Part shown: positions 14,227 to 28,064 of the stretch, one piece after another
How positions within the stretch are numbered: the stretch's first letter is position 1
Layout: each line of letters starts with the position of its first letter
Source of the DNA: Phoronis australis
Taxonomy: Eukaryota; Animalia; Phoronida
DNA: 64,000 bases
Reading direction: 5' to 3'
NCBI GenBank assembly: GCA_002633005.1
Contig: NMRA01000137.1
Coordinates: 682,001 to 746,000 of the forward strand
Program-made: the position numbers and the translations under genes
The notes under the pieces: generated by a model
Database searches by the model: none
What the model was told of the DNA's origin: nothing
The model's input: the letters and a program-made list of their open reading frames with translations, nothing else

Positions 14227-17200
14227 NNNNNNNNNNNNNNNNNNNNNNNNNNNNNNNNNNNNNNNNNNNGGGGGGGGGAGGGGGGGGGCGTTCCTTGTTA
14301 TTTTTGTATGTTGAAAAACTGGCATTCACGACATTGTTGAAAGATTTTGAGAAATGGGAAAGCACACAATTTTAGCTTTTATTTTTGGCCGAAATTAGTT
14401 AGATTTCACACATCCAGAAATGAGTTTGATTCAATGAATAATTCGTTCTCTCCACTAAACACTGACAATTCTGACGACAAAGCATACACACCATTACCAG
14501 TTCTTTAACTATGCAGTGAAGCAATTTTATACCAAAATCTAGTTTTCTCATTCTCAATAGAGTCTAGAGCAGCCATGGAGTGCAGCTTGGTATTTTTATG
14601 GGCTTTTTGTCCTAATTTAAGTTCATCCAACAAGATTACCATAGTTTATTATTTAGCATTATCTGCCAGCCTCACTGGTGCCATTCCAGGGTCTTGTTCT
14701 AGTGGACAGGGGTGTGTTCCTTTGATATCATGTGCATCTCAACTTTGACACTAAGTAGCTAATAGTTCAGAAACAGCTTGGATAGTATTTGTCATTTTTG
14801 TCTCACATTCCACTGCCTTGTGCTTTGATGTGGTGTCTTGTGTTGGTCAGCCAGCCTATCAGTAAGCACCAGTGATTAAGGAAAACAGAGAGATATTGCT
14901 GCCCTTTCCTATGTCAAGACACTGTCAGAAATTCCGTTTAACCTGTCTTAAGGCCTTTTCTTATCAAGTTAAATCTGGCGAAGCATTCTAGTAAACTGCA
15001 ACTTGAACTTCCCCACTAGCTTCTGCGCTTCACAGGCAGTTATCGCTAGTTGCTGCTAGCTTTATTGAAGGTGTCAAAAGGTAGCATAATATGACCCTCA
15101 CCATTGTCACAGAAGTGATCCCTGCTGATAAATTAAATGGGACACCAAAGTTGAGTATTCTCGCTTTGACGCTATGCTGTTAAACTCCACCTGTTTACTA
15201 CATAGTGAACAGGAGTGATTAAGCTTCTGACTCTGTTTTACCTTCTCTTGTAAGTGTTCCTCGTGATGGTTTTGTTATTTACGTCAGCCTGTGTCGATGG
15301 TGATTTTATGTACTTTCGCTTTACCACTAACTTTAAAACCTGAAAAATTAATATCAGTCTGCACTAAAAGTATCCTTTAACCTGATGATGTCTTGAAATT
15401 AATGTTTCTTGTTTCTCATTGTTTAAATCTTGTCATTCCTCAGTTCCTCAGTGCAATGTGCTGATGCCATGTAGCACTGTGGCTTTCCTGGCCATGCTTA
15501 AATACCAGGCTTAACAGCTTAGCAAACCTATGGCATACTTTTGTGTATGTAGCATTAAAACACAACAACCTTTGTTTAGATTAATCTAGATCTCGTTTCT
15601 GCATTACTTACTGTTGATGGACTGCATCGAAAGCTTTTAAAAATCAATAAAGATCTCAAAGAATGGACTTAAAGCGGTTCAGGTCTTACAGCGGCACTTG
15701 AAATTTTTTCACGACCTTCAATAAGCATCACAAGGTTTTCCCTAAATCTTGATACCCTTGATGTTATTGTTAATTACTCTCTTTGATGAGTGTGTTAGGT
15801 ATTACATGACTGGAAGTCAGTGATTGGATTAAAGAGATGCCTTTGGACTTACCATCTTTCTGTTTGTTTTGCCTTGAACACTTCAAAGCCTGCAATGCTG
15901 CTGGTGTTACAGTCTAGCTGTGATCTAATGCCTATTTCCATTATACACAGTCAACATAGTAATTATCACCTAGACATCAAACTTAACTGACCAGAGAGAC
16001 TATTGTGAGTCAACCACCTTTTTTTCTATAGCACAACTAAACGAAAGTACGGTGAAATCACCACCAGTATTGGACACAGTATGTCGGACAAATGAAATTT
16101 TATTTCATAATTTTTTTATAAATGGTGGGTAGTTCTAAGATGATACTTTGCCATGTTCAAGTTTTGTATTATGGCTTCCAACAGAAAATTGTGATCATTC
16201 ACAGCAATGTTACAAGTCTTTGAAAAATGAAGAATTGCAATTTTGAATTAGTTTTGTCGGAAATTGGTGCGAGTTCACCTTCAGATACTGCTGCAGCTCT
16301 GTTGATGTCAATATTTTTTTGAAAAAAATGACAAAGTTGAAGATATTTTTATACATGGTTTGGGGAGGCGGATCAGAGGTGTACATCCAAGACACAAATA
16401 TGCGATCTCAATGCTTCTTTTCTGCAATTGGTGATCTTTATTCGGGTCTCCGTTTCTTAACAAATGATTCTACGGTATTTGTATTTCTAATAATAAATGA
16501 GTCTAACTCGTGCATTCATTCAAAAAGTGGCCAATTCATTTCACATCCCTTTAGATTATATAGGGACCAATCCAACTGATGGTTGTTTGTCATGGGTTCC
16601 AGTTAATCTCTGCAGTGTCTGGTTTGTTATTCCATAATGTCCATGGTAAACACAGATGATTCCACCATCCATTAAGGGAAGGCCCTTGATGGCACTCAGT
16701 TATTTGGTAATTAGCAACTTCAAAGAAGTGTCCCCTATGAAATTACCAGACCCATACTCCATGTGGTTCACTGGACAGGCAAATAAACCTTGGATATATG
16801 CTTGGAAGGTGTGTCAGCTGCTTATAAAAAGGTCCCTGGTTGATCTATGGGCATCAGATAGAAGTTGGATACTGGGCAAGGCAGTCTGGATATTAGTAAT
16901 TGAAATCGTTGGTCCAGTCAAGACGTGGAAAGAGATCGTAGTTGATACTGGCGGACATTGTTGATGATTTGTTGTATTGGCTCGTTCATTTGTCAATGGG
17001 AAGAAAAATTCATGTCTGGTTGGTTGCTGATTGGAAAAGTTAACTGTGGAAGTTATGTAAAGCATTTGCGAAGTGGTGATTTTCTTTTCCAGCAAGTCAA
17101 AGTTTTTGAAAAAGCAACTCTGTTGATCAAATCAAGGTGATTACATATATCACTGTTTTGAGAAAGCGTTCTTTGGAATCACAGTCTTGAACTGCTACAC

Positions 17201-20200
17201 ATCTTTGCACCAGTTGGGGAAAGCAACCCGAGAAAAATTAACACTTACTTTTAGGTTGTGTTGAAAGGATTCCTCTGAAATTCTGGCCGGATTCATCTTG
17301 AGAAAACAAGACTCCGTTATCCAGCTTTGCTGATTGGGTTTTCATACGACACGTGCACGCTGATATTATTGAAGTCCTGGTTACCGATTGGAAGACCAGC
17401 TGTTACTGCACACTTTTTGGTTTGACCTGATCTCAGCAGGAGTGCCCCTATAAAGTTGTTGGTTCTTGCTTGGTGGTTCCACAATCCAACACTTGTTACT
17501 CTTGTGAATGGACGTTTGATCACCATTGCCTAGTGAGTAACCGCCGAATGGAGATCTCGCGTAGGACGACCGTGTCGGATTCTAAATCTGCGATAAAGAA
17601 ACTCAAGGCCAACATGTATTGCATGTTCTATGCTTGCATTCAGAAAAATTGCCCAGAGAAGGTAATGATGTGGAATTATTTTGTCAGCAATTTTCATTTT
17701 CCTTGTCTCTGTCATAATTACTGGATTTTTTCATAACTTTTTGGTTTACCTAATATCGTTTCTTATTGTGGCGGTTTTTATCAGAAAACTGCAATTTGTT
17801 TCAGTTTCCACAACACCGATGCTTTGCTAATCACACAACGATACATGTATGACTAAGTAATAGTGACCAGCAGCAGCTCTAAATCCTCATTTGACCACTG
17901 TCTACTTGTGGTCACTGGTGCTAAATACTTCCTTTGATTTCATTAGAGGAAATGCTTATGTATTTGAGTTACATAAGAAATGTGAAATAAAATGTTATGT
18001 TCCATTATGCTCCATGTGTTTAGTGTCATAACATCAAGTCAGGAAGAAGCGCTTGGGATGAGAACTTAAAATCAATTCTCAAAACAGAGCAAGGGAAATT
18101 AAGCTCACGCGCGCATGAATGGACAGCTAAAGTGTTAGTCATCGCGGATGTGCAGATTTCAAGTGTGTGCGCCGTAAATCCATTTCCTGTCTGTATTTTT
18201 ATAAAAAGCAATTACGCTCTCATAATCGGTGGTTGTAATAATGCGTGTTGTTGACCAGCCAGTAATGGAATATAGTAAACTAGCTTCATTTTGGGGGCCT
18301 CTTATTCAACTTAACGTTTTAATTGCACTAATTCTTCGCTTATTTGACTCTGAACATTGCTGACAAGGGAAATTGTATTTTGTAAATTTTCTCCACAAAA
18401 TTTACTGGTTTGCAGTGTGTAGATGTCATAACACAAGATGTGACAAAAGTTTCCATTATTCGTAGCAAAGGTTGCTGGCCTTTGAAAAATAGAAAATCGC
18501 GATTTTGGCAATTGCTTTTAAGTGACAAAAGTGGTGAGTTGTCATATTTTGATCGAGTACGTTGTAAAATATTCCATGTTGAGGCCCATAATCCACTAGC
18601 CTGTTGTATTAAAATATTTGGTCAAATATTAGCCAACCAATTTATTAAAAGCAGTCACTTGTGTCTACATGTATGTAAACATCATGGTATTAGGCAGCTT
18701 GTTTACTTTTTACCATATCCACTTGAAGCCTTGTGGTTATGGGGATTAAAAACTTCTTTGAAGTGATCATATAGTATTTGTTTTCTGCATTCTTTGATGG
18801 TCATTGTGGGGTCTTCTTTACATGTGGCTAACCAGCCTTTGTCTCCATCTTTTGTTTTGGACATCTGACCAGTTCCAGCATAGGGTTCACTCCATTCCGC
18901 CTTTGAGTTGTCTGATGTGGCTGTTTTGTTTACCTCCAGCACAGGAGAGCGTGTCTCTTAAAGCAAACAGCTACTTCCTGGTACATATTGTTATTGGAAA
19001 TGACTACTGGTTATGATTCATGTGGTTCTATTATTGTTTGCATAGAACTCCAATGAACACTGTGATTTCAGATGGTAGCTGAGTTACGTCAGAGCACAGT
19101 TGTTACCCATAGTGAACTAAATAAGACAAACAAGTCTGCCTGTCTGGCAACACATAATTAGGTTTCCTTTGTTACTTAACACACAAATGAAAGGTACATG
19201 GTGCAATCTTCCAATTCATCTGTTTAGGATCGTGTTGGATTAACATCTGTTAAGGGTAATAAAACAACCCTCTGAAACTGAAAGCAATTAAGCTACCATA
19301 CAACTCAAAAGTAATTAGACAAAATACCATTTTCGTGTCATAATGGCAGAATCTGTTAACAGTAAAAATTACTGGTAATGACTAATGGCTAACAAAATTG
19401 TAATCACAGAATGGCTTTGCCACTTCTCTATCTGTGACTGCCATAAATGTTGCGCCTACTTTATGTCTTTAGCAGGCTAGTCAAAGTACTAATCTTGGAT
19501 TTGTGTAGTTTTGTGGTAAAATCAACGCCAGCGGCTTCCGTACTCAGATTACAATAGAAAAACTGACGAAAAATTAATGTCTCTGAACACAGAAGTTGGT
19601 GAGGTGGAATTGAAGAATCGCCACTTGAAGTGCAGAAGGTAGTATGTCTTGGGTGCGATGAGTCTGGGTTCAGTGACTGAACAATAGATGGGGTTATTAG
19701 ATGGTGCCTAGCAGGAGTTTACTTTCTATTGTAGTATGATGAAGCATTCATGGAAGAGAGGAACTACTATTTGGATGAACTGCAAATGGATATGATGGAA
19801 GAACATCATCGGCAGAGACTTGCCTTCTTGCAACAGGTGAGCAAATACACATCTTTGTACGTACATTCCAAAATGTTTCAATACTGTCTGGCAGGTACCA
19901 CATGACATTATATGCATCTGTTGGATGCAATACTTGGTAGAAAAGAGGAATATTGAAAGTTTTGCCAATTTTCGGCTACATGAAAATGTTTCTTTTGAAT
20001 TTTCTTCAGTATCAAAGGCAAATCATCTGTGGCCATCAACATTTTTGACTTGACAATTATGACCCCCTTTTCTTTCTAGTACAACGATGAAGAAGGTGGA
20101 ACTACAGACACAGCGACCACGTCAGAGTCTCAGAAACACGAGAAAGACAGTGGCGTTGGACGAACAGACGAGAGCACGAGAAACGACGAAAGTTCAGAAC

Positions 20201-22616
20201 AGGTGAGTCTTGGATGGAGCAAATCAAAAGATAGGTTTTTTAAATCATGGTTAACGCTCTTCAATTTAGGGCCCAACATGGCAGACACATGGAATTGATT
20301 CTATGATTTTTTAAAAAAATTCACGTTGAAACCCCATTTGGTATGGTTTGTATTGTGCAACTGTGGAAAACCTAATAAAATTGATAGAATTTAATATTGT
20401 GGGTAAGTTGTCAACTTTTGAGCCAAATTGAAGAGCTGTTATGGTAATGTAAATGTGGAACACCTTTGCCTATAAGTAACATTGCGATGTCAAATTTATT
20501 CATTGCTTTGTCATTAAGGCTTCTAATGGGACCAGTCTTGGAGACAAGGAAGTCGCCATGGTAACTGAAAGATGTTGTGATACATTACATGTGCAACCCC
20601 ATATTGTCCACCTGTCTTTTTGTTTTGGCTTAGATTGCCACTGTTTTCTGTTGATCGTAAATGATCTGTTGTAGATTGGTACAATGTAGAAGTTATCCCG
20701 TTATTTGGTGTCTGTAATATTAATGTCCATGTCAAACTATTACTTCGTGTGTCATGTATTGTGGTGGTTGTAGAAACGGTGAACCTGAAATTCATTGGGC
20801 TCCCAAGTGAAGCAATGGACCCTCCCATAGAAATGCCTTCATTCAAGTAAATCACATTGGTCTCTTATCACGTACACTCCTCCCATGTTGATGACCTTTT
20901 CTCAGTCCATTCAGAATTTGAAAAGTGGCACCTTAATTTATTAGTGCCACCTAGTGAATGTCAGGTCACTCATAAGGACGTTCTGGGAATAATTGTAAGG
21001 GGAATGAGCGTATTTGCACAATGGTTAAGTTGTTAAAAAGTAGTTGTGTAAGTACCATTGTTGCAATTATGATCATCACAATTTTCTTTGGTAGTTGTGC
21101 AGTTTTTGCAAAGCTGTCGATGGACTTTGAAATGTACTAATCCTTCCTTGCATTTCAGGAAATCTACGACGGTGAGTGCATGTCTCCTCATACTCTGTCC
21201 AAGTTTGAGCCAGACAACCCTGAGCTTCACTACAGTAATGACAGCTTTACGTCCATGGAGGGGGAGGAGAACGAGATATCGACCGAGGAGTGTGACAAGT
21301 TCCGCAAAGTTCTCGAACACCGATGCAAGACAGTCGAGGGATCGCCTCGCCGCTGTGTGCCGACATTGCCACCACCGCCAGCAATCGATCAGGATATTTA
21401 TGAGCAGGAGCTTGAGCGATTGGATAAAGAAATGCAGGACATTGCTTTGGAGTGCGAGCAGATTGTTGACCGTCGTATGGCTGACCAACAGCTGGCCAAG
21501 GTCCAGTCGGACGCTGTCAAAGCAGAGTGCCACAGAAGTCCTCGACTGGTGCCCCGAATGGGTATCCGGTCAAGTGTAAAACATGCCGGTCCAACCTCGA
21601 CATCAGCCGACAGTAGCGTAACAGGGCAGGCGCTGTCGTCGAAATGTGACAATAAAATGACTGAGAGATTGAAATCAGAGGACAAAGGTGACTCATCCAG
21701 TGCCTATAATACCGCAGAGAGCTGTCGAAGCACCCCGCTGGGTCTGACGCTGGAGCTCAATCAGGCGTCATCTGAAAACGAGAAGGGACACCGTGACTCC
21801 ATGTTGTGCTTGAATGTTGAACCCGATTTGACCTCAGACAAGGAGAATGAGGGTAGCCGGATAAACAAACCCGCTGCCAAAGTCACAAAGCAATCGTGTG
21901 GCACTCAATCAGACTCGGACACATGTATGCAGATGGGCGACTCAGAATCACTGACGGACATTTACGCCCGCTGCGCCGACGTCATGTACACAAACGAGGC
22001 GAACCTAGCGCACACAATCTCTGTACAGCAAAAACTCTTTGAGCAACAGCTGTTGAAACGAGCTGAGGCTCAGCATAGGCGGTCCTCAAGGAGTAGTTCA
22101 AGGGCAGGTGGTGGTAGTCTGTCCAATCAAGAGTCAGCTAACAACTTAACGGACAACCCCGAAAGCCAAATGGAGTGGGTAGTAAAAAAGCGGGCAGACG
22201 GTTCGCGTTATATTACGCGGCGGCCGATACGGAACAAGATGTTGAAAGAACGCGCAAAGAAGATCAATGATGAACGATGCGGGATGACGACAGATGACGA
22301 CGCAATGAGCGAACTCAAGACTGGTCGTTATTGGTCGAAGGAGGACCGGAAGCGCCACCTGGAACGAGCTAAGGACCAAAAGCGTCGCAAGGAGTTCATG
22401 ATGAAAGCGAGGATGGAGACTTTGAAGGAACAGACAGTGGAAGGTGATGCGAAAAAAGAGATTAACATCGTGGAACTGAGTCATCGAAAAATGATGAGAC
22501 ACAAGGGAAAACGTGTTTTTGATGATTTCACCACGGTGCAGGAAATGATGGCGCACGGCAGTAAAGTGCCGGAGGGAAAAACATACAATCCTTTGTTATC
22601 AGTGACTACAGTGTAG
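508..22616 (+). CDS. PDZRN3: PDZ domain-containing RING finger protein 3/4-like (LNX3/4 family), 3' part of gene; exons 508-646, 7890-8051, 11218-11316, 19735-19836, 20080-20202, 21159-22616
   Basis: All six exons have ag/gt boundaries and join in frame. PDZ domain [20 protein letters not shown]...[12 protein letters not shown]|[16 protein letters not shown]...LLLARPQLQ. Family hallmarks: GTTDTAT...[48 protein letters not shown]...[27 protein letters not shown] and C-terminal LLSVTTV*. The RING and first PDZ exons lie upstream of the window. A single invertebrate gene would be co-orthologous to PDZRN3/PDZRN4/PDZD4. Confidence 0.93.
1385..1799. repeat. Degenerate tandem repeat, ~160-170-bp unit, ~2.5 copies
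   Basis: Recurring ATGTCYATCTGCAG..TGCACC..TGACC..GGAAAAATAT..GAAATTTTCTGTC..TCTAGTGCTTA..ATTAGGGTGC. Confidence 0.8.
2762..2829. repeat. 17-bp minisatellite x4 (GTCTGCCATATTGTGTC)
   Basis: Directly visible. Confidence 0.9.
7125..7542. mobile_element. MITE family A copy 1 (PIF/Harbinger-like, 3-bp TSD CTA)
   Basis: ~420 bp; termini AGTTCCGTTTAGAC / GTGTAAACAGCACT flanked by CTA; internal TGACACGGAGCAAATTGAC repeats; closely similar inverted copy at 57033-57455. Confidence 0.75.
7698..7853. mobile_element. Two adjacent degenerate copies of MITE family C just upstream of the PDZ exon
   Basis: ATTTTGAGAACCAGTT...AACTGGTTCTCAAAAT hairpin plus a second half copy with GTTATTCAGT shared with 59812-59933. 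Confidence 0.6.
12541..12600. repeat. 15-bp minisatellite x4 (TGACTGAGTGGGCTT)
   Basis: Directly visible. Confidence 0.9.
14198..14288. other. Poly-G tract with 43-N assembly gap (14227-14269)
   Basis: Run of G on both sides of the Ns. Confidence 0.95.
21159..22616 (+). CDS. PDZRN3: Large terminal coding exon of the PDZRN3/4-like gene, ending in class I PDZ-binding motif VTTV
   Basis: Acceptor catttcag|GAA at 21159 is in frame with ORF 21180-22616; conserved C-terminal region and TAG stop. Confidence 0.95.
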   Translation, partial: EIYDGECMSPHTLSKFEPDNPELHYSNDSFTSMEGEENEISTEECDKFRKVLEHRCKTVEGSPRRCVPTLPPPPAIDQDIYEQELERLDKEMQDIALECEQIVDRRMADQQLAKVQSDAVKAECHRSPRLVPRMGIRSSVKHAGPTSTSADSSVTGQALSSKCDNKMTERLKSEDKGDSSSAYNTAESCRSTPLGLTLELNQASSENEKGHRDSMLCLNVEPDLTSDKENEGSRINKPAAKVTKQSCGTQSDSDTCMQMGDSESLTDIYARCADVMYTNEANLAHTISVQQKLFEQQLLKRAEAQHRRSSRSSSRAGGGSLSNQESANNLTDNPESQMEWVVKKRADGSRYITRRPIRNKMLKERAKKINDERCGMTTDDDAMSELKTGRYWSKEDRKRHLERAKDQKRRKEFMMKARMETLKEQTVEGDAKKEINIVELSHRKMMRHKGKRVFDDFTTVQEMMAHGSKVPEGKTYNPLLSVTTV

Positions 22617-24919
22617 ATGGCTATTGTGATTATTTCTCTGTATTCTGGTATGTAGTCTGTGTATAAATGGTTTCCGTAGACCAAAACATTTTAAGATCGT
22701 TCTTGTATCTGTTTGAGAGTCTAATATTGTGTACCTTTAGCCAGTATACTCAATCTGTGCATAATATCATTTGCACTGCTAAGTCTCAAAGTGTTCACTT
22801 GATGGTATTGTGAAAAAGTTCAATTCATCGTTAATGCTGCTTTGCTGTAAGGTTCCTACCACAAGCACGTATCTCTGGGTTGCTAGCCTGAGTAAATAAT
22901 TGAAGGTTGCTTTGCGTGTTGTCTGTTTCACATTTTGTCATCAGGTGGACATTCATCTGTATATTTCAACTAAGGCTGGAAGCGTTGCCGGGATTTGTGT
23001 AAAGCTGTGTACATAGAGATATGGCATTCAAAAACCAAAGACTTGTTTATAACTGTATAGTAAATAAATGTAGTCGTGATGGGTTATGTAAAACTGTTTC
23101 AAAATGAGACTTGTGGTTGAACTCCACTGCAAAGATTTCATGATTTGATCGAGTGCCGAGACTGGATGTCTTGGTGTAAGGTTCTTTGGGGGAGGTATTT
23201 GTATATGGATTATTAGTGTCTGGCATGATTATGATGCGATTTGGACCCACAAATAGTAATAAAAATGCAGTCACATCACATAGTCAAAAATTTTGGAGGT
23301 TTTGAGATATTTTCCCATTCAGGTAGCCAGAGGGCATTTTAGCTCTTGAAACTTGACACTTACAAAATTGTGTGTTAAGGTTAATTGGTGTAGGGTTTGA
23401 GAATGGTTGACTAGGTCCATTTCCAGGTAATTATTTTCAAAGTGCATAGTGATTTCAAGCGTTTTGTAAAATCTAGCCTAATTTTTTCATTACTTTTGAT
23501 TGTGGCATTTTAGTTTTATTTGACTGGGTCCAAAACGTCAGAGTGACATCGTAGTGAACAATTTTGTTGTGTAAAGGAATGATGCTTTGTCATTGCGTAG
23601 TTATGTGCAATATACTGGACACCACTGTGTTAAACATGTTAAGTCTGTATTAAGTGTCCAAAGGGTTTTTCTAGTCACACACAATGTCTGCATCAAGTAG
23701 CACTTGCATAGTGTTTTGACCATGATGTGTTTCACTGTAATGCACTTGGTGTATAAACAGTTCTTCTCATCTGGTATTGTTGGTACTTGAGGCAAGCAAT
23801 GAATATACTTTTATATGTCAAGGGCACCAAAGTTATCATTTCTGAAGCAAAACCATATCGGCATTCGTTCTTCTTACTCTTAGAAAGTTTTTTAAAAGGA
23901 TGCTAAATCCAGATTTCACTTGTTGAAATACTACCCAAGACTTGGATTATTTGAATATTTGAAATATTAAACTAAGTTTTGTAACTTGGTCAATCCTCAA
24001 AAGTTGGGATCAAGTTTGAAAATTCCTTAAACAGTCTCCTACACCGGTGTGACAATCACTTTAGGTGAAATACACAGGAAAGACCACTTTCTAAAAACAC
24101 AACCCAATTTATGACACTGTGGGAAGGCATCTCACTTGAATAATGGTTTTTGCTTTGGGATGGTACCAATGGTGCATCAGCAACTGACAGAGACACCTGT
24201 GAGTGGAGTTGCCAAAACAGATTTAGTTATATTTAGCCTGTAAATAACGTATGCCCTATAATACCCAATGTTATCGTACTGTAAGTAAAATAAGACATTT
24301 ATTTTAGTTGCAAAACTGCAAAACATGAGGTTTATTATGTTTGTTTTAAAACGAGAGTAATTCCAGGATTGGAAACAAAGAATGAGGCACTTAGTACTGC
24401 ATTTGGTGTAAATGTCAGTAACTGTAGTAAGAGTTCAATTTGTCAGATACCCGATAGTTACGTTGGAACTATAACTAAAAGTCTTGAACGCTGACCCTCC
24501 CACAATGCATTTCTTGCTAGATATGAGGCTCATCGTCAGCTTACAATAAGATTTTGTTGCTGCAGTTATTGATGCTTTCATCAGATTCTGATCCGCTTTG
24601 AAGCTACAATTGTTAGGTTACAGCTCCACTCTCTGCATGCTTTGTTCATTTGATAGCAAGTCGTTGTTTTGAACAACCTATCTGCGGCTACTTGTGTATG
24701 ATGCAAAGTTGTTAGTAAGCTAGTAGTCTTCCGATGGTAATCTCACAGATAACTCAACCAGGTATTATTGCATTTCCAAGGTGACTGGCTGTACAAGAAT
24801 GTTAGTCGATTTTTTATGAGCCACGGTATTATTTCATATGAATGGACGGCGATGTAAATGATTTGAAGGAAATGATTATATTATAAATTATTGTTTTGTA
24901 TTTAAGACGAGTCGTTTTC

Positions 24920-24925
24920 AATAAA
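24920..24925 (+). terminator. Candidate polyadenylation signal of PDZRN3/4-like gene (3'UTR ~2.3 kb)
   Basis: AATAAA near the end of the T/G-rich + strand stretch that follows the stop codon. Confidence 0.45.
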
Positions 24926-25426
24926 TCAAGTCATAGTACAAGTGCGAGTTATCTTTTCAAGTTAATGAACATTGTGTTGAAAAAGATAATCTAAGTTCGA
25001 TCATGCTCGATTGTTCAATCCCAAATGACTTGCATTATTATATTATTTCGTGAGCTGATATCAGTGTATACTCCAGATTCAGTTGCAAATGCTGAAAACT
25101 ATACCAAACTTGATTTGGTCTTGGTTATATTTTCACAAAGCATGAGCGATATGAAAAATATGCTCTCATTCTTTTCTAAATTATCATCGTTTGTCTTTGA
25201 GCAACTTAAAAAAAACATCTTTTATTTTCGATAACCCCTAACTCAAAACTGGAACATTATAAAGACAATTCCTGAAGAACAGCGAATGAAGCGCAGCAAG
25301 TTTGATATGACTCTCATTTGCTGTTTCCGTCTTTTGTTCCGAAGTTGGCTAAATCTGGACATTTTTTAAAGGTCCAACACAACCTTAAATGAGGCGAGAA
25401 GAAGAAGACATCACATCAATAAATAC

Positions 25427-25432
25427 TTTATT
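25427..25432 (-). terminator. Candidate polyadenylation signal of the PH-actin gene (3'UTR ~2.6 kb)
   Basis: TTTATT on + (AATAAA on -) near where strand composition switches to A/C-rich on +. Confidence 0.45.
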
Positions 25433-28064
25433 ACGATCAACATGAAATAAAAATAACAACGCATCAAATTATCAGTTTTGACAAGGCAAGACAAAGAGGG
25501 TTAGGTATATTAAAATAACCAATCCAGCTGGCCTGCTACTTGCAGTGACAAACCAGAAGTTAAAGAAATGCTCCTGGGTTAAAACTTATGAGAAGTGTTA
25601 CACAAGTGGTCAATGTTAGTAGTAGGAAAAACTTCAAAACAGATTCCCGAAAAAGTAGAATCAGAAGCCTGTTGAATAAGGAGGCACTCGCCTGAGCTCG
25701 GTTGTTGAACAAAGCGAGTCGGTGCTATCGACCATTACTGATCACTCTCGATATCTAGTTCATTAAGAAATCCAAGATGGCGTCCGACAATTACCTTGAG
25801 CTACGACGACGATTCTAAGTGGTAAATTTTGGAAGTAAACCCTGTAATGAAGGTTATAAATTAATAATTTTATTAAATGACGGAAGCTTACCCATTAATT
25901 ACAGGGTACTGTGTCTTTCTAGTCTCCTTCGAAAGAGCTAACATGTATGACCTTATTTCTTAGATTTGTCAAAGTTTCACAAGATCAAATTGAAAAAAAA
26001 ATGTCCACAGTGAAAATAACAGTTTGTACATAAATTTGTTGACAACTGCTTTCGTGGACACCATTTTGAAACTGAAGCAGTTACGCGGTCGTTAAAATAG
26101 TGAGCCCTCTCTTAAGGCAGAAGCATGCTCTCACTTGATGCAGGCCCACACCACACTGTATTCAACAGGCTTCTCTTAGGGAAGGCTCCTTGCCTCAAAG
26201 ACTGACAGCGACACCTATTGGTCAAACAGGATTTATACCAAAGGACAAATATCACTAAACAAGAGCAGACTGGTACACACATTATAATACATTTTTCTAA
26301 CAAATGGATTGTGTGAAGCAATCTCAAACTGCCATGACTGACATTAAGATGCTAAATAATATTTCATAGTTAAATAGTTGTAATGTAAGCTTTTGTTACT
26401 TGACTACTCGGCGGTAAACATGGAAACCCACAAGACTAGTGACAAATCCTAATTCATGAAATACTTTCAAGCACATGGAATGTAGGTCATACATGCTGTA
26501 AACAAGTATTGGAATGATGTTGAATGAATGGCTACACTGCCTAAAATCCACATCTTTCACCCAATGCTACACAAGCACCTCTTTTATTTGGGTGGCTAAG
26601 CACTACAAATTTAACACGACTTCACTATGCACTGAGCTACAGAATTTACCCATTGTTTTGCCTCCACAAACTTGGTTTGATTCTCACACACTGTAAAATC
26701 TCACTAATTTAAAACACAATATGGTGGACAGGTGAAATATCATTTTTTTCATAAACAGTACCAGAATGATGCTTTGCCATATTCAAGCTCTCTGCCATTG
26801 ATTCCAACAGAAAATACTTCTGATGGCATTCGCAACAATGATCTAAGCCCTTGAAAAATGAAAACATTGCAATTATTTTTGTTCGAAATTGGTGAGATTT
26901 TACTGCAATTATTCCCGTATGTGACTTCAAACATATAAGGGCGCAGGATCAAGGATAAACATTTCTAAATCAAGATTTGAGATGTCACATACGTGATAGA
27001 TAAACTTCCTCACAACAATGCGACAGCTCAATAACAAAACATCCCATAGAAAACCTAGTTGATTTGCGCCACATGACATCATGAACAGACAACCACTTTG
27101 ATTGGTCGATGCATGTCTGTGGTGGCTGCGTCAAACGACGCTGCAAAGCGGCAATTTCTCTTTTTGAGTTACCTAAAGACCCTGTGTTAGTGGTAGGCAG
27201 GCATTCATCAAAATGGCTCTTCTGTGGGAGTGTCTTCGTCTTAGTCTTTGTCAGCAGCTTGTCAGATATGAGCGTTCTGAGGTCATGCTAAAAGTAGATG
27301 CTGGTGGGAGTGCTTTTGGTCCCACTACAATTTTAATGAACTTGTACGTTTATAAGGCAAGGCAAAGCCTGGGTTTATGCCTTTAAAACGTGGAATGTTA
27401 ACTTGGAGTGTACAATATATTCAAAGGTAAAATAAAATGCAATAGATCCCAGCACGGACACTCACGCACTATAAGACATAGAACTTCTAAAAATCCAATG
27501 CTGCGCTCTGTCAATGTAGATTGAGATTTCAAAGTTGCCTTGCAATAAAATAACCAATTGTGGCCTTGATCAGCAGTGGTGCACCAAATAAGCAGTGGAT
27601 ATATTAGCACCAGGCCACATCAGGCTGAGACTGACTTACAGTTGTCAATATTATGCAAAACTTACGACTGAAAATTTAAAATAAAAGAACCATTGTTTCT
27701 TGAATACAATACACGTGTTGTGTGTGCAACAGTAGGTTGTCCACATCACAACTGCACAGGTTGGACACTTCCGGTTGCAGGAACACAATGAAGACTGCCA
27801 ACAACAGCATGTTTCCACCAGCAACTACTGGTACTTCACAACAGAATACCTTGCGCAACTTCAATGAAACATGAGCCCAATCGCAGCAGCATTGTTACCT
27901 GCAGGCAATGGTAAATAACTACAAAAATACCTTGTGCAATGTGATGAAAACACGCATTCAGTGCCATTAATGGCAACAATTTCAATCAGCAGTTGTTGAG
28001 CAGCCTGATACTAAATTCCACCACCTCATCAATGCTACCTTGCTCACTATCTCTCTCTCTGTCG

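Noticed and set aside
14081-14375. Poly-Pro / poly-Gly ORFs suggestive of formin/WASP
   Set aside because: Produced by a poly-G tract and an N gap; intronic.
21033-22556. Overlapping ORFs on - strand and in alternative + frames of the PDZRN3-like last exon
   Set aside because: Shadow ORFs of a GC-richer coding exon; no recognisable domains.
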